Shown here: positions 20,498 to 29,947 of the stretch, piece by piece
Layout of the letters: every line of letters starts with the position of its first letter
Position numbering within the stretch: the first letter of the stretch is position 1
Assembly (NCBI GenBank): GCA_965219445.1
Contig: CBDCNQ010000002.1
Coordinates: forward strand, 1 to 64,000
Reading direction: 5' to 3'
Length of the DNA: 64,000 nt
Source: Longimicrobiales bacterium
Lineage (GTDB): Bacteria; Gemmatimonadota; Gemmatimonadetes; Longimicrobiales; Gaopeijiaceae
Translations under genes and position numbers: made by a program
The notes under the pieces: generated by a model
Database searches by the model: none
Told to the model about the DNA's origin: nothing
The model's input: only the letters and a program-made list of their open reading frames with translations

Positions 20498-22093
20498 CTA
20501 TCCCGCGATTTCGAGACCAGTGGGGGTCACGATCCTCTGGAGTAGTCCAAGGGCGCCGTCCACGAGAAATGCGAGTATCGCGGCGGGGATCGCCCCCGAC
20601 AGAATCATCCGGGAGTCACTGAGGGCGAGGCCCGCCACGATTGGGTCACCCAGGCCTCCGGCACCGATGAACGCGGCCAGAGTTGCCGTTCCCACGGTAA
20701 TGACGGCCGCGGTACGGACGCCGGCCATGATCACGGGAATCGCGAGGGGGAAGCGTATGTCCTTCAGAATTTGTCCCTCGGTCATTCCGAGCGAGCGAGC
20801 CGAATCCACGGCGGCGGGATCGGCATCGGTAATTCCCGTATAGGTATTCCGGAGGATCGGGAACAGTGAGTAGAGAAACAGCGCCACCAAGGCGGGCACT
20901 ACACCGATCCCGAGCAGCGGGATCATGAACGCGAGAAGTGCGATGCTGGGGATGGTCTGGAAGAGTCCGATCGCCCGGATGATCGCCTCGGCACTTCGTC
21001 GGGCTCGTTCGAGGAGGAGCCCGAGCGGAATCGCCACGAGCGTGGCGCCCACGAGCGACACGATAACAAGTAGTATGTGCCGGATCGTGAGGTCGAGGAT
21101 CTCGGCTCGGCGGGCCAGAAGATAGGCCCCGAGTGACTCCGTAGGCCTCTCGCGGCCGCTCACGATGCGGATCGCGGGACCCGCCACCAGTCCGATGTCC
21201 GTCAATGCGTCTCGTGCGACGGTCTCGAGTTCCTCTTCGTCGACCTCGACCCTACGGTTGAGGTCCCGCATCGCTTCCTCGTCCAACAGGCCGGCCAGCT
21301 CGATGAGAGTGCGTACCGCGTCTGGACGGGTGTCCCAAAGTCTTCGTCCCACGAGGGGTGAAGCCTGGTAGGGCGGGAAGAACTCGCGATCGTCCTCCAA
21401 AACGACGAAATCGTACCGATCGATGAGACCGTCGGTGGAATACCCATCGACGACGTCCACCTCCCCACGGTCTAGCGCTTCGTACTTCACCGCCTGGAGC
21501 AAGGATCGTTCGGCCTGGACTCGCATGCCGTACGCCGACCGTAACCCGGGCAGGCCGTCGGGCCGGCCGATGAAGTCCGGAGAGAACCCGCCGACGTATC
21601 GGCCGGCCACGAGCGCGAGATCGGAAAGCGTTCGTAATCCGTCGGCCTCCGCAGACTCACGCCGCACAGCGATGGCGTACGTGTTCTCGAACCCGAGCGG
21701 CGGGAGCCAATGGATCCCCCAGCGCTCGCGAAATTCTCTCGAGACAGTGCGGAAAACGTCGCCTGCCGAGCCTTCCGGGCTTTGGTTGAGCACCGCCACC
21801 AATCCCGTGCCCGTGTACTCGGGATAAACATCGATTGCCCCGGTGCGGAGAGCCTGGAAAGCGATCTCCGTGGCTTGCAATCCGAAGCGACGTTCCACCT
21901 CGAATCCGCGGCTCTCCAGAAGCTGCGCGAACATTTCGGCGAGGAGAAACGACTCTCCGAAGGGCTTGGAGGCGACGATGACGGGGGTGCGCTGAGCCCA
22001 CGTCGCGGCCGGGCACACCGTCAGTGCCAAGCCTAGCCAAAGAATGGCGAGGCCGGCCGAGCGTATCCGAGGGAGCTTTGATAGCCGAGTCAT
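20498..22093 (-). CDS. Betaine/ergothioneine-type ABC importer, fused substrate-binding protein plus permease (EgtU/OpuBC-like)
   Basis: SKPFGES, PEYTGT, GFENTY, RPDG, YSTDG, FFPPY; C-terminal permease QTIPSIAL, IGAGGLG. Confidence 0.88.
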   Translation of the reverse strand: MTRLSKLPRIRSAGLAILWLGLALTVCPAATWAQRTPVIVASKPFGESFLLAEMFAQLLESRGFEVERRFGLQATEIAFQALRTGAIDVYPEYTGTGLVAVLNQSPEGSAGDVFRTVSREFRERWGIHWLPPLGFENTYAIAVRRESAEADGLRTLSDLALVAGRYVGGFSPDFIGRPDGLPGLRSAYGMRVQAERSLLQAVKYEALDRGEVDVVDGYSTDGLIDRYDFVVLEDDREFFPPYQASPLVGRRLWDTRPDAVRTLIELAGLLDEEAMRDLNRRVEVDEEELETVARDALTDIGLVAGPAIRIVSGRERPTESLGAYLLARRAEILDLTIRHILLVIVSLVGATLVAIPLGLLLERARRSAEAIIRAIGLFQTIPSIALLAFMIPLLGIGVVPALVALFLYSLFPILRNTYTGITDADPAAVDSARSLGMTEGQILKDIRFPLAIPVIMAGVRTAAVITVGTATLAAFIGAGGLGDPIVAGLALSDSRMILSGAIPAAILAFLVDGALGLLQRIVTPTGLEIAG

Positions 22094-22872
22094 CTGAGGG
22101 GTGCCTCGTCTGTGGCGGGGGCCTGGCCTGCACGCTGCAGTAGTTGCTGCACGTAGGGTGTCGAGGGGGAGGATCGAAGCTCGGCTGCGGGAGCGATCTG
22201 CTCGAATCTCCCCCCTCGGAGCACGGCCACTCGATCGGCGATGTCCAGCGCGGTCCTGATGTCATGAGTGACCAACAAGGCGGTCACGCCGATCTCTCGA
22301 AGAAGCCCGTGCACTCCCTCGACGAGCTCAGCACGCGTGATGGCGTCGAGGGCTCGGAACGGTTCGTCGAGCAAGATGATCTCCGGCTCCGCCGCCAACG
22401 CCCGAGCAAGGGCCACACGCTGCCGTTGACCACCGGACAGCTCGCCGGGCCTGCGCGCGGCGAACACCTCGGGCGGCAGCCCCACGAGCTGGAGCGCCAT
22501 GGACGCCAGCTCGTCCGGCGATGCCATCCCCCGCAGGCGCGGGACCAACGCCGCGTTCCGAAGCACCGTCCAATGCGGTATGAGTCCCCCCTCTTGTTGC
22601 ACGTACCCGATGGAGCGGCGCAGCTGCACCGGGTTCAATGTGCGGACCTCCCGTCCCCCGACGGCCACCTCACCTTCGTCGGCCGAAATCATCCTGTTGA
22701 ACAGGCGGAGCAGGGTGGTTTTCCCTGAGCCGCTCTCACCGACGAGTGCGACGATGTCACCCCGTTCGACGGATACGGTGACGCGATCGAGTATGGCTAC
22801 GGACTTGTAACGCTTCACGACATCTTTCGCCGAGAGGGCCGGTCCATCGGTGGGCAGGGCCTGATCGCGCAT
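22090..22872 (-). CDS. ABC ATPase of the osmoprotectant/ergothioneine importer (EgtV/OpuBA-like)
   Basis: GESGSGKT, LRRSIGYVQQEGGLIPH, LSGGQRQR; no CBS tail. Confidence 0.88.
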   Translation of the reverse strand: MRDQALPTDGPALSAKDVVKRYKSVAILDRVTVSVERGDIVALVGESGSGKTTLLRLFNRMISADEGEVAVGGREVRTLNPVQLRRSIGYVQQEGGLIPHWTVLRNAALVPRLRGMASPDELASMALQLVGLPPEVFAARRPGELSGGQRQRVALARALAAEPEIILLDEPFRALDAITRAELVEGVHGLLREIGVTALLVTHDIRTALDIADRVAVLRGGRFEQIAPAAELRSSPSTPYVQQLLQRAGQAPATDEAPLR

Positions 22873-23018
22873 GCTCCACGATAGCGTGGGGCGGTCGGGT
22901 GCGCACCGTTATTGGTGATGCACAGGGGGTTCGCGCGATCTCCACCCGCCGTTAGGTTGCGACCGGAAAAACGCCTTCCCCCGGAGTCCGGAGACAGGTG
23001 GGAGGCGATCATGGGGGG

Positions 23019-24356
23019 ATGGACTTGCAGATGGATCTTCACATGGGACGGCGACTCGATGTCGCTGAAGTCCGACACCTACTCGAGGAGTCGCGTGCCC
23101 GTACGGTCAGTCTTCTGAGCTCTGTGTCGGAGGCCGATCAGCGCCTGCAGCATGATCCACTCATGAGTCCCATTCTGTGGGATCTAGGTCACATCGCGCA
23201 CTTCGAGGAAGTATGGCTAATCGAGAATCTCGGAGGCTCGCTGAATGGTGCCTACGGTCTCCGCGGCATGTACGACCCGGTCGAGAATCCCAGAAAAACC
23301 AGGGCAGAGTTGCCATTGCCGGGTGTCGCGGAGTGCATTGAGTATATGTCCGGCGTCCGGGAGGACGTGCTGGAGCGACTCGCCATCCTCGATCTCACCT
23401 CGGAGCATCCGCTTCTCGATCAGGGCTTCGTGTTCCGGATGGTGCTTCAACACGAATACCAGCACAACGAGACGATCCTCCAGACGCTACAACTCAAGTC
23501 GGGTGAGCCGTACCATCCCGCCGAGACCGTGCCTCACCCCGTTCCCCCGGAGGGTCAACCCTTGGGTAACGGGGCGATGGTCCGCTTCCCTGGGGGTGCG
23601 GTGGCGATCGGCACAGATGACCGAAGTGCCTCTTACGACAATGAGCGACCCCGGCATTGGATCGAACTCGAGCCGTTTCTCATCGATGAGGCACCGGTTA
23701 CGGAGGCGGCGTACGCCGCCTTCATCACGGAGGGTGGATACGACACCCGCGAACTGTGGTCGGACGACGGCTGGGTGTGGAGGAACGAATCTGGCGTCCG
23801 ACACCCTAAGAACTGGAGCGCCGGTGAAGACGGATGGGAGATCCGGATCATGGATCGCGTCCTTCCGCCGGACCGTCGAAGGCCCGTCTGTCATGTGTGT
23901 TATTACGAGGCGGACGCGTATGCCACGTTCGCGGGCAAACGTCTTCCCACTGAATTCGAATGGGAGACGGCCGCCACTTGGGATCCGGAGACCAATACCA
24001 AGCGGACCTACCCGTGGGGCGAGGAGCAGCCCACACAACAGTTCGCCAACGTCGATGTGTTGACGGTTGGCCCGGCGCTCGCCGGGAGCTACGCGCGTAA
24101 CGTGTCTCCGATCGGCTGCTACGGGATGATCGGAGACGTATGGGAGTGGACCTCGACGAATTTCCAACCATATCCCGGGTACGAGACCTTTCCCTACGCC
24201 GAGTACTCCGAGGTTTTCTTCGGCGACGACTACAAGGTCCTGAGGGGAGGAGCCTGGGCCACGCGGGGGGCCGCAATCCGGGGCACGTTCAGAAACTGGG
24301 ACTATCCGATTCGGCGCCAGATCTTTAGCGGGTTTCGGTGTGTCCAGGATCTTTGA
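23019..24356 (+). CDS. egtB: Ergothioneine biosynthesis sulfoxide synthase
   Basis: DinB domain HIAHFEEVW and HEYQHNE iron ligands, FGE-sulfatase domain, YAEYSEVFF, RNWDYPIRRQIFSGFR; exact start uncertain. Confidence 0.93.
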   Translation: MDLQMDLHMGRRLDVAEVRHLLEESRARTVSLLSSVSEADQRLQHDPLMSPILWDLGHIAHFEEVWLIENLGGSLNGAYGLRGMYDPVENPRKTRAELPLPGVAECIEYMSGVREDVLERLAILDLTSEHPLLDQGFVFRMVLQHEYQHNETILQTLQLKSGEPYHPAETVPHPVPPEGQPLGNGAMVRFPGGAVAIGTDDRSASYDNERPRHWIELEPFLIDEAPVTEAAYAAFITEGGYDTRELWSDDGWVWRNESGVRHPKNWSAGEDGWEIRIMDRVLPPDRRRPVCHVCYYEADAYATFAGKRLPTEFEWETAATWDPETNTKRTYPWGEEQPTQQFANVDVLTVGPALAGSYARNVSPIGCYGMIGDVWEWTSTNFQPYPGYETFPYAEYSEVFFGDDYKVLRGGAWATRGAAIRGTFRNWDYPIRRQIFSGFRCVQDL

Positions 24357-24413
24357 GCGAGGCCCCGAACTGCCGGTGACAGGGGTGGGGGACGCGTCTG
24401 GGCGTGAGGGGAT

Positions 24414-25376
24414 GTGGCGCCCGTGAAGGCGGCACCGCCGATGGAGATGCTGGAGGAGATCCAGTCGGGCTTGAGCCAACCCCAGAAGCAACTCTCCTCG
24501 AAATTCTTCTACGATACGCGCGGATCTGAACTCTTCGAGTCCATAACAGAGCTCCCTGAGTACTATCTCACCCGCACCGAGACCCGCCTTCTCAAGACGC
24601 CGGTCTCGGGTTGGGTCACCGAGATGGGGCCCGCATCCGTCGTGGAGCTGGGGGCCGGAAGTGCGCGAAAGACGAGGATCTTGCTCGCTGCCATGGCGCA
24701 GCGGACACCAGAGCGGACCTACGCGCCGGTCGACGTAGCCGGTGATTTCCTGCGCGCGACCGCCGAAACGCTGAAATCGGAGGATCCTTCACTCAATATT
24801 CAGCCTCAGATAAGGGACATCACATGGGATCTGGATTTCGTCGATGACCTGACGGAGCCCGTGCTCTTCTCACTTCTGGGCAGCACAATCGGAAACTTCA
24901 CGGGGGCGGCGGCGGAGGGACTGCTTTCGAACGTGAGGTCGGCCATGAGTGAGGGTGACCTGTTTCTGCTTGGCGCTGATCTCCGTCCGGGTGAGCGAAA
25001 GTCGATCGAACACCTCGAGGCTGCGTACAACGATGCGCAGGGAATCACGGCCGAGTTCAACCTCAATATGCTTCGGGCCCTCAATCGGGATGCGGGTACG
25101 AATTTCGACCTAACCGCTTTTCGGCATCGAGCCTTCTACAATGAGAGAGAGGGGTGGATCGAGATGCATCTGGTGGCCGAGGTCGCTCGGGAGGTACGGA
25201 TCCCCGGAGCCGGGACGGTACGGATCGAGGCAGGAGAGTCGATCCGGACCGAGCTGAGCTGCAAGTATGATCGGGCGGTACTGACCCGCATGCTCGGGTC
25301 GGCTCGCTTGGAAATCGCGCGTTGGTGCACCGACGAGGACGGCCTCTACTCGATGGCCCTCGCGTCGCCTATCTGA
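24414..25376 (+). CDS. egtD: L-histidine N-alpha-methyltransferase
   Basis: KFFYDTRGSELFESITELPEYYLTRTE, ELGAGS, GSTIGNF, AYNDAQG, IEMHL, TELSCKY. Confidence 0.95.
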   Translation: MAPVKAAPPMEMLEEIQSGLSQPQKQLSSKFFYDTRGSELFESITELPEYYLTRTETRLLKTPVSGWVTEMGPASVVELGAGSARKTRILLAAMAQRTPERTYAPVDVAGDFLRATAETLKSEDPSLNIQPQIRDITWDLDFVDDLTEPVLFSLLGSTIGNFTGAAAEGLLSNVRSAMSEGDLFLLGADLRPGERKSIEHLEAAYNDAQGITAEFNLNMLRALNRDAGTNFDLTAFRHRAFYNEREGWIEMHLVAEVAREVRIPGAGTVRIEAGESIRTELSCKYDRAVLTRMLGSARLEIARWCTDEDGLYSMALASPI

Positions 25377-25465
25377 GTGCTGGCAGTCTCTGGGTCCGCT
25401 TCAGATCTTCCGTCCGTACCCGTTTTGGATCCGATAAACAACTTTAAACAACACTACTTAACATA

Positions 25466-26215
25466 TTACGGTATAATGAATTCAAAGTCGTCATGAGGCG
25501 TGACTCGCTTCCAAGACGAATGGTCGTCGAGGGGCTCAGAGGCCAGTAGGGTGCCCCGGGGCGCCAACGGGTTTCCGCGGGCGAGATAAAGAGAGTTCGT
25601 GGTGGCCTCGGAACCGGTATGGAGTCCCACGATTCGATCCCCGTCGGCTAGAACCATCGTAAGCTGCGCGGTGTGATTTTCCGCCTGGACGCCCTCGAGC
25701 ACCATGTCGCGGACACTCCGCAACGCGTCGAGGTGCGAAGCTCCTGCCTGGACAGCAGCCACGGCGAGAAGGAAAAGCGTTTCGCTATCCGACGAACCCG
25801 CGAGGTGACCGTAGAGTTCGTCCGGGAGGTGAGAGCGCAGCGCCCGCATGTGATTTTTCCGGAAGTTTTCGACGAAGCCATTCAAGATGAAGCTCCAACG
25901 TCCGTGGACGAGTGGCTGGTTCCCACCCTCGATGGGGATGCCGTCTGTGGCGTTACGCACGGCGGCGAGGATCGTGGACGACGACGTCCCCGCCAGGAGC
26001 GTGCGGAGGTCCGTGTCTTGCCAGACCGGGCGGGAACCGCCCGTCCGCACGGGCGTGGTGCCCCTGTACCACACGACCCCGTATCCATCGGCGTTCACGT
26101 GTCCGTGAAGTAGCTCCTTCGGAACGTAACTTTGCTCGAGGAGCGAGTGCGTTCCGCCGAAGACCAATGCGTCGGCGGCGAGGGGCTCGCCTATATAGGC
26201 GGTCAGGCGACACAT
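25466..26215 (-). CDS. egtC: Gamma-glutamyl-hercynylcysteine sulfoxide hydrolase (class II amidotransferase)
   Basis: N-terminal MCR nucleophile, NADGYGVVWY, AVRNAT, DSE, ASEPL; next to egtBD. Confidence 0.88.
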   Translation of the reverse strand: MCRLTAYIGEPLAADALVFGGTHSLLEQSYVPKELLHGHVNADGYGVVWYRGTTPVRTGGSRPVWQDTDLRTLLAGTSSSTILAAVRNATDGIPIEGGNQPLVHGRWSFILNGFVENFRKNHMRALRSHLPDELYGHLAGSSDSETLFLLAVAAVQAGASHLDALRSVRDMVLEGVQAENHTAQLTMVLADGDRIVGLHTGSEATTNSLYLARGNPLAPRGTLLASEPLDDHSSWKRVTPHDDFEFIIP

Positions 26216-26463
26216 GGGGGACGTCCGGTATCTCTAGTCGTCGACACGCTGGCACACGGGTCCGGGACACACTATGGACTCCTCGACAGGTTCTTGATCG
26301 CCCACGCATTGTCCCTAAAGTAATTTCTCCTGGCAACCCGACTCGCTCTTCACGTCCGCCTCGCACCTAGGACGCACGTTTGCCCTCCGGCGGGTTCGGG
26401 GCGTACGTTTGCCACGCCTGCACCCCGTCGGGTTCCGGCTTCCTCATACGAGCGAGACTCGCC

Positions 26464-29226
26464 ATGCGCCTAGGACACCCAGGCTTCTATTCTGGCGCCG
26501 TTGTGGCGCTCACCCTCTTCGGCGGCCCGATCGCCGCCCAGCAGGGGACGCTGATCGGTACCGTGACGGACGAGTTGCGCGGGGGCTCGGCCTCTGGGAT
26601 TGAGATCCAAATCCTGGGTGGAGCCGAGCCGCGAACCGCGGTGACCAACGCCCAGGGCCAGTACAGAGTCGAGCTTCCGGCAGGGAGGTACGATTTGGTC
26701 GTCACGGAGGCCTTCGGCTTCCGTGACGAACGCTTCGACAACGTACGGGTCCGTGCAGGTCAGACGAACAGCTACAACTTCATACTCACTTCGCAAGCTA
26801 TGGTGGTGTCGGGCGTTAGCGTAACCGTCGAACGGTCGGTGGACGGTGAGTCTCCCGGGAACGCTCCCCAGACCGTCTTCATCAAGAATTCCCGGGAGAT
26901 CGTTGAGCGGCCGGCGACCAACCTGGCGGATCACTTCCGCGAGGTCCCCGGCGTCGACGTGATCACGCCCGGGCTCCAGACTCAGCATGTCGTCTTGCGA
27001 GGCTTCAACAACATCTTCTCCGGCGCACTCCACCTGCTCACGGACCACCGCCTGGCGGGCGTGCCGTCTCTGCGTGTGAACCTCATGCACTTCATCCCGT
27101 CTATCGACGAGGACATCGACAGGATGGAGGTCGTGTTGGGTCCGGGCTCGGCGCTTTACGGACCGAACACGGCCAATGGGATCATCCATATCCTCACCAA
27201 ATCTCCACTCGAGAGTCAGGGCACCACGGTGACGCTGGGGGGCGGTGAACGCTCGGTCTTCGAAGGCGCCGCCAGGTCGGCGTTCCTCCTGAATGAGGAC
27301 TTTGGCTTCAAGATCTCGGGCGATTATATGAGAGGGGACGAGTGGAACCACGTCGACCCCACGGAGGCGGCGGGCCGAAGTGCCGCCGATGCCGACCCCT
27401 CGGTGTGCCTCCTCGACAAAACTACACGCGGCCTCAGTGCTACGGACGCCCAGATCGCGTGCGACCGGATCGGCGTGCGCAACTTCGACACCGAACGGTG
27501 GGGCGTGGAGGCGAGGGCGGACTACCGCTTCGCGGACGACGGAACCGTCGTGGGGACGTACGGCCGCAACACCTCGTCGGGGATCGAGCTCACGGGCCTC
27601 GGAGCCGGCCAGACCTCTGAATGGGTCTACGAGTTCTTCCAGGCCCGCGTCAGGAAGGGCCGCTTCTTCGCACAGGCGTACTACAACACGAGCGACGCGG
27701 GGGACAGCTTCCTCTTGCGTGACGGCGTGGCGCTCGTGGACCAGTCGGCACTCTTCGTGGCACAGGCCCAGCACGGCTTCGCGCTGGCGGACGATCGCCA
27801 GGAGTTCACGTTCGGCGGGGACTACTTCGGGACGCGCCCCGATTCGCGCGAAACGATTTACGGGTCGTACGATGACGACGACGACATAAACGAGTGGGGG
27901 GGCTACCTCCAGTCGAAGACGGAGCTCTCCGAACAGTTCGACCTCGTGGTGGCGGGTCGCCTGGATTCGCACTCGGTGTTGCCGGACGATGTGTTCTCCA
28001 CGAGGGCGGCGTTGGTGTTCAAGCCGCAGGATCGGCACAATATTCGCATCTCTTACAATCGGGCCTTCTCCACCCCGAGTGCTCTGAACTATTTCCTGGA
28101 CATTTCAGGTGGCGTCGCGCCGGGGGCCATCGGGCCGCTCGGATACAGCACGCGCGCGTACGGGAGCGGACGGAACGGATGGTCGCTCCAGAATCCCGAC
28201 GGCACGCTTCGGGGCATGCGTTCGCCGTTCAACCCGGGTGGGGCGGATCAGCTCCTGCCCGCGGATGTCGCCGTGATGTGGCCACTGGCGATGGGGATAC
28301 TCCAGGCTAGGGGCGACTTCGACACGCCTGCTGAGGCCGCGCTGGTGGCTGGGTTGACGCCCGCGAACAGCGACATCACACGCCTGCTCTTCGACACCAA
28401 CACCAGCGAATTCACGCCGGTGGCCGGCGCGGTTCTTCCTGACGTTCCTGCCACCCGCGAAGCGTACACGGAAACGTTCGAGGTGGGGTGGACCGGACTC
28501 ATCGCCGACGACCGTCTCTCGATCACTGCGGACGTGTACTACATGAGAAAGAATGATTTCGTGTCGCCGCTCGTGGTCGAGACGCCGCTCCTTTTTCTCA
28601 GCGGGGCTGATATCGTAGCGTTGCTGGCTCCCGTCGTGGGCCTCGCGAGGGCTACAGAGCTGGCTGGGGACATTGCTACGATTCCCCTTGGCGTCGTCTC
28701 GTCAGACGAGGTCGGCGCGCAGGGCGCCGATCTGATCGCGACGTACCGCAACGTCGGCGACGTCGACCTCTGGGGTGCGGACTTCGCGTTCCAGGCGAGC
28801 CTCACCAACCAGTGGACGCTGGGTGGCACGTACTCGCACATGAGCGAGGATTACATCGAGATCACCGGCGGGAGTCCCATCGCGCTCAACGCACCCAAAG
28901 ACAAGGGGTCGCTCAGCCTGACCTTCCGTGACGTCTTGTCCGGGTTCAACGCCTCCGGACGTGTCCGCTTCACGGGCTCGTTTCCGGCCCAGTCGGCGGA
29001 CTTCACGGGAACGGCCTGTATCACGGGCGGGGGGGGGCTCTTCGAGGAGAACTGCGTCGACTCGTATGCCATCGTGGACCTCACCGCGGGGTACCAGGTG
29101 CCCAACACGACCGCGACGATACAGCTCGCCGTGAACAACCTGTTGGACACGGGTTATCGGTCGTTCGTCGGCGTGCCGAAGATCGGCCGCTTCGCGATGG
29201 TGCGTGTGAGGTACGAGCTCTTCTAG
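26464..29226 (+). CDS. TonB-dependent receptor with N-terminal carboxypeptidase-regulatory-like domain
   Basis: Signal peptide, plug motifs LRGFN and EVVLGPGSALYGPN, NNLLD, C-terminal YELF. Confidence 0.92.
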   Translation: MRLGHPGFYSGAVVALTLFGGPIAAQQGTLIGTVTDELRGGSASGIEIQILGGAEPRTAVTNAQGQYRVELPAGRYDLVVTEAFGFRDERFDNVRVRAGQTNSYNFILTSQAMVVSGVSVTVERSVDGESPGNAPQTVFIKNSREIVERPATNLADHFREVPGVDVITPGLQTQHVVLRGFNNIFSGALHLLTDHRLAGVPSLRVNLMHFIPSIDEDIDRMEVVLGPGSALYGPNTANGIIHILTKSPLESQGTTVTLGGGERSVFEGAARSAFLLNEDFGFKISGDYMRGDEWNHVDPTEAAGRSAADADPSVCLLDKTTRGLSATDAQIACDRIGVRNFDTERWGVEARADYRFADDGTVVGTYGRNTSSGIELTGLGAGQTSEWVYEFFQARVRKGRFFAQAYYNTSDAGDSFLLRDGVALVDQSALFVAQAQHGFALADDRQEFTFGGDYFGTRPDSRETIYGSYDDDDDINEWGGYLQSKTELSEQFDLVVAGRLDSHSVLPDDVFSTRAALVFKPQDRHNIRISYNRAFSTPSALNYFLDISGGVAPGAIGPLGYSTRAYGSGRNGWSLQNPDGTLRGMRSPFNPGGADQLLPADVAVMWPLAMGILQARGDFDTPAEAALVAGLTPANSDITRLLFDTNTSEFTPVAGAVLPDVPATREAYTETFEVGWTGLIADDRLSITADVYYMRKNDFVSPLVVETPLLFLSGADIVALLAPVVGLARATELAGDIATIPLGVVSSDEVGAQGADLIATYRNVGDVDLWGADFAFQASLTNQWTLGGTYSHMSEDYIEITGGSPIALNAPKDKGSLSLTFRDVLSGFNASGRVRFTGSFPAQSADFTGTACITGGGGLFEENCVDSYAIVDLTAGYQVPNTTATIQLAVNNLLDTGYRSFVGVPKIGRFAMVRVRYELF

Positions 29227-29227
29227 G

Positions 29228-29271
29228 ACACGACCCTAGTAGAACACGACCCTAGTAGAACACGACCCTAG
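29228..29271. repeat. 16-bp perfect tandem repeat, 2.75 copies (ACACGACCCTAGTAGA)
   Basis: Read directly after the TonB receptor stop codon. Confidence 0.9.
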
Positions 29272-29330
29272 GCGGAACTGCGGCCTCCCTTGGCGGGTTA
29301 CGAAGCCGGGTCTTCTCCAGGAGCACTTCT

Positions 29331-29789
29331 GTGAGCGAAGTCCAGCACCATAGCAAGGTCACCGTGCGGTGCCCTTTTTGCCTCACGCTCAACGGCGTCG
29401 ATCTGGGTAAGTCGGGCGACCGTCCGATCTGCGGTGACTGCGCAAAACCGCTGCTCCTCGATCGGCCCGTGAAGGTCAGTGGGGAAGATTTCGACCGCAC
29501 GGTACTCGGCTCGGAGGCACCCGTACTTGTGGATTTTTATGCGGATTGGTGTGCGCCGTGTAAGTACGTCGCCCCGCTGATGGATGAACTTGCCCAGACC
29601 CATGAGGGATCGCTGCTCGTCGTCAAGATCGACACGGATCAGGCGCCCGATCTGTCTCAGCAACTGGGCATTCGGAGCATCCCCACCGCGATTCTCTTCA
29701 AGGATGGGGAGGAGGTGGTGCGAAGCGTAGGCTTCGAGCCCGAAAAGCTGCGGACCATGGCCAATGAAGCAGTGGTGAGGCCAGCTTGA
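29331..29789 (+). CDS. trxC: Thioredoxin 2 with N-terminal zinc ribbon
   Basis: CPFC...CGDC zinc site, DFYADWCAPC, IRSIPT. Confidence 0.88.
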   Translation: MSEVQHHSKVTVRCPFCLTLNGVDLGKSGDRPICGDCAKPLLLDRPVKVSGEDFDRTVLGSEAPVLVDFYADWCAPCKYVAPLMDELAQTHEGSLLVVKIDTDQAPDLSQQLGIRSIPTAILFKDGEEVVRSVGFEPEKLRTMANEAVVRPA

Positions 29790-29816
29790 CAGTGACTTTC
29801 GCCCGGATGATATTAT
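29786..29816 (+). promoter_or_regulatory. Sigma70-type promoter candidate for argGH
   Basis: TTGACA at 29786 and TGnTATTAT at 29808-29816. Confidence 0.6.
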
Positions 29817-29907
29817 CGGCGCATAAACGCCCGATTCAACTGGGTATTTATCGAATACTGTCGGGTTCGGGAGTGGTGTAAGACGGCTCGCCGTCACCAG
29901 CGCTTTG

Positions 29908-29947
29908 GCGGGAAGTGGCTGGTTCTGCTCCCGGCCCGCGTTTTTTT
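29908..29947 (+). terminator. Terminator-like stem plus T7 run in the argG leader
   Basis: GCGGG...CCCGC followed by GTTTTTTT, 26 nt before the argG ATG. Confidence 0.45.

Noticed and set aside
23019..24356. Selenoneine (senA) or ovothiol (ovoA) synthase
   Set aside because: No senB/selD nearby, no C-terminal methyltransferase domain; egtC and egtD context fits ergothioneine
29228..29271. CRISPR array
   Set aside because: Head-to-tail 16-bp units, no spacers, no cas genes
29815..29860. ArgR ARG boxes
   Set aside because: Only a weak GTATT-N5-AATAC palindrome; poor match to TGAAT-N4-ATTCA
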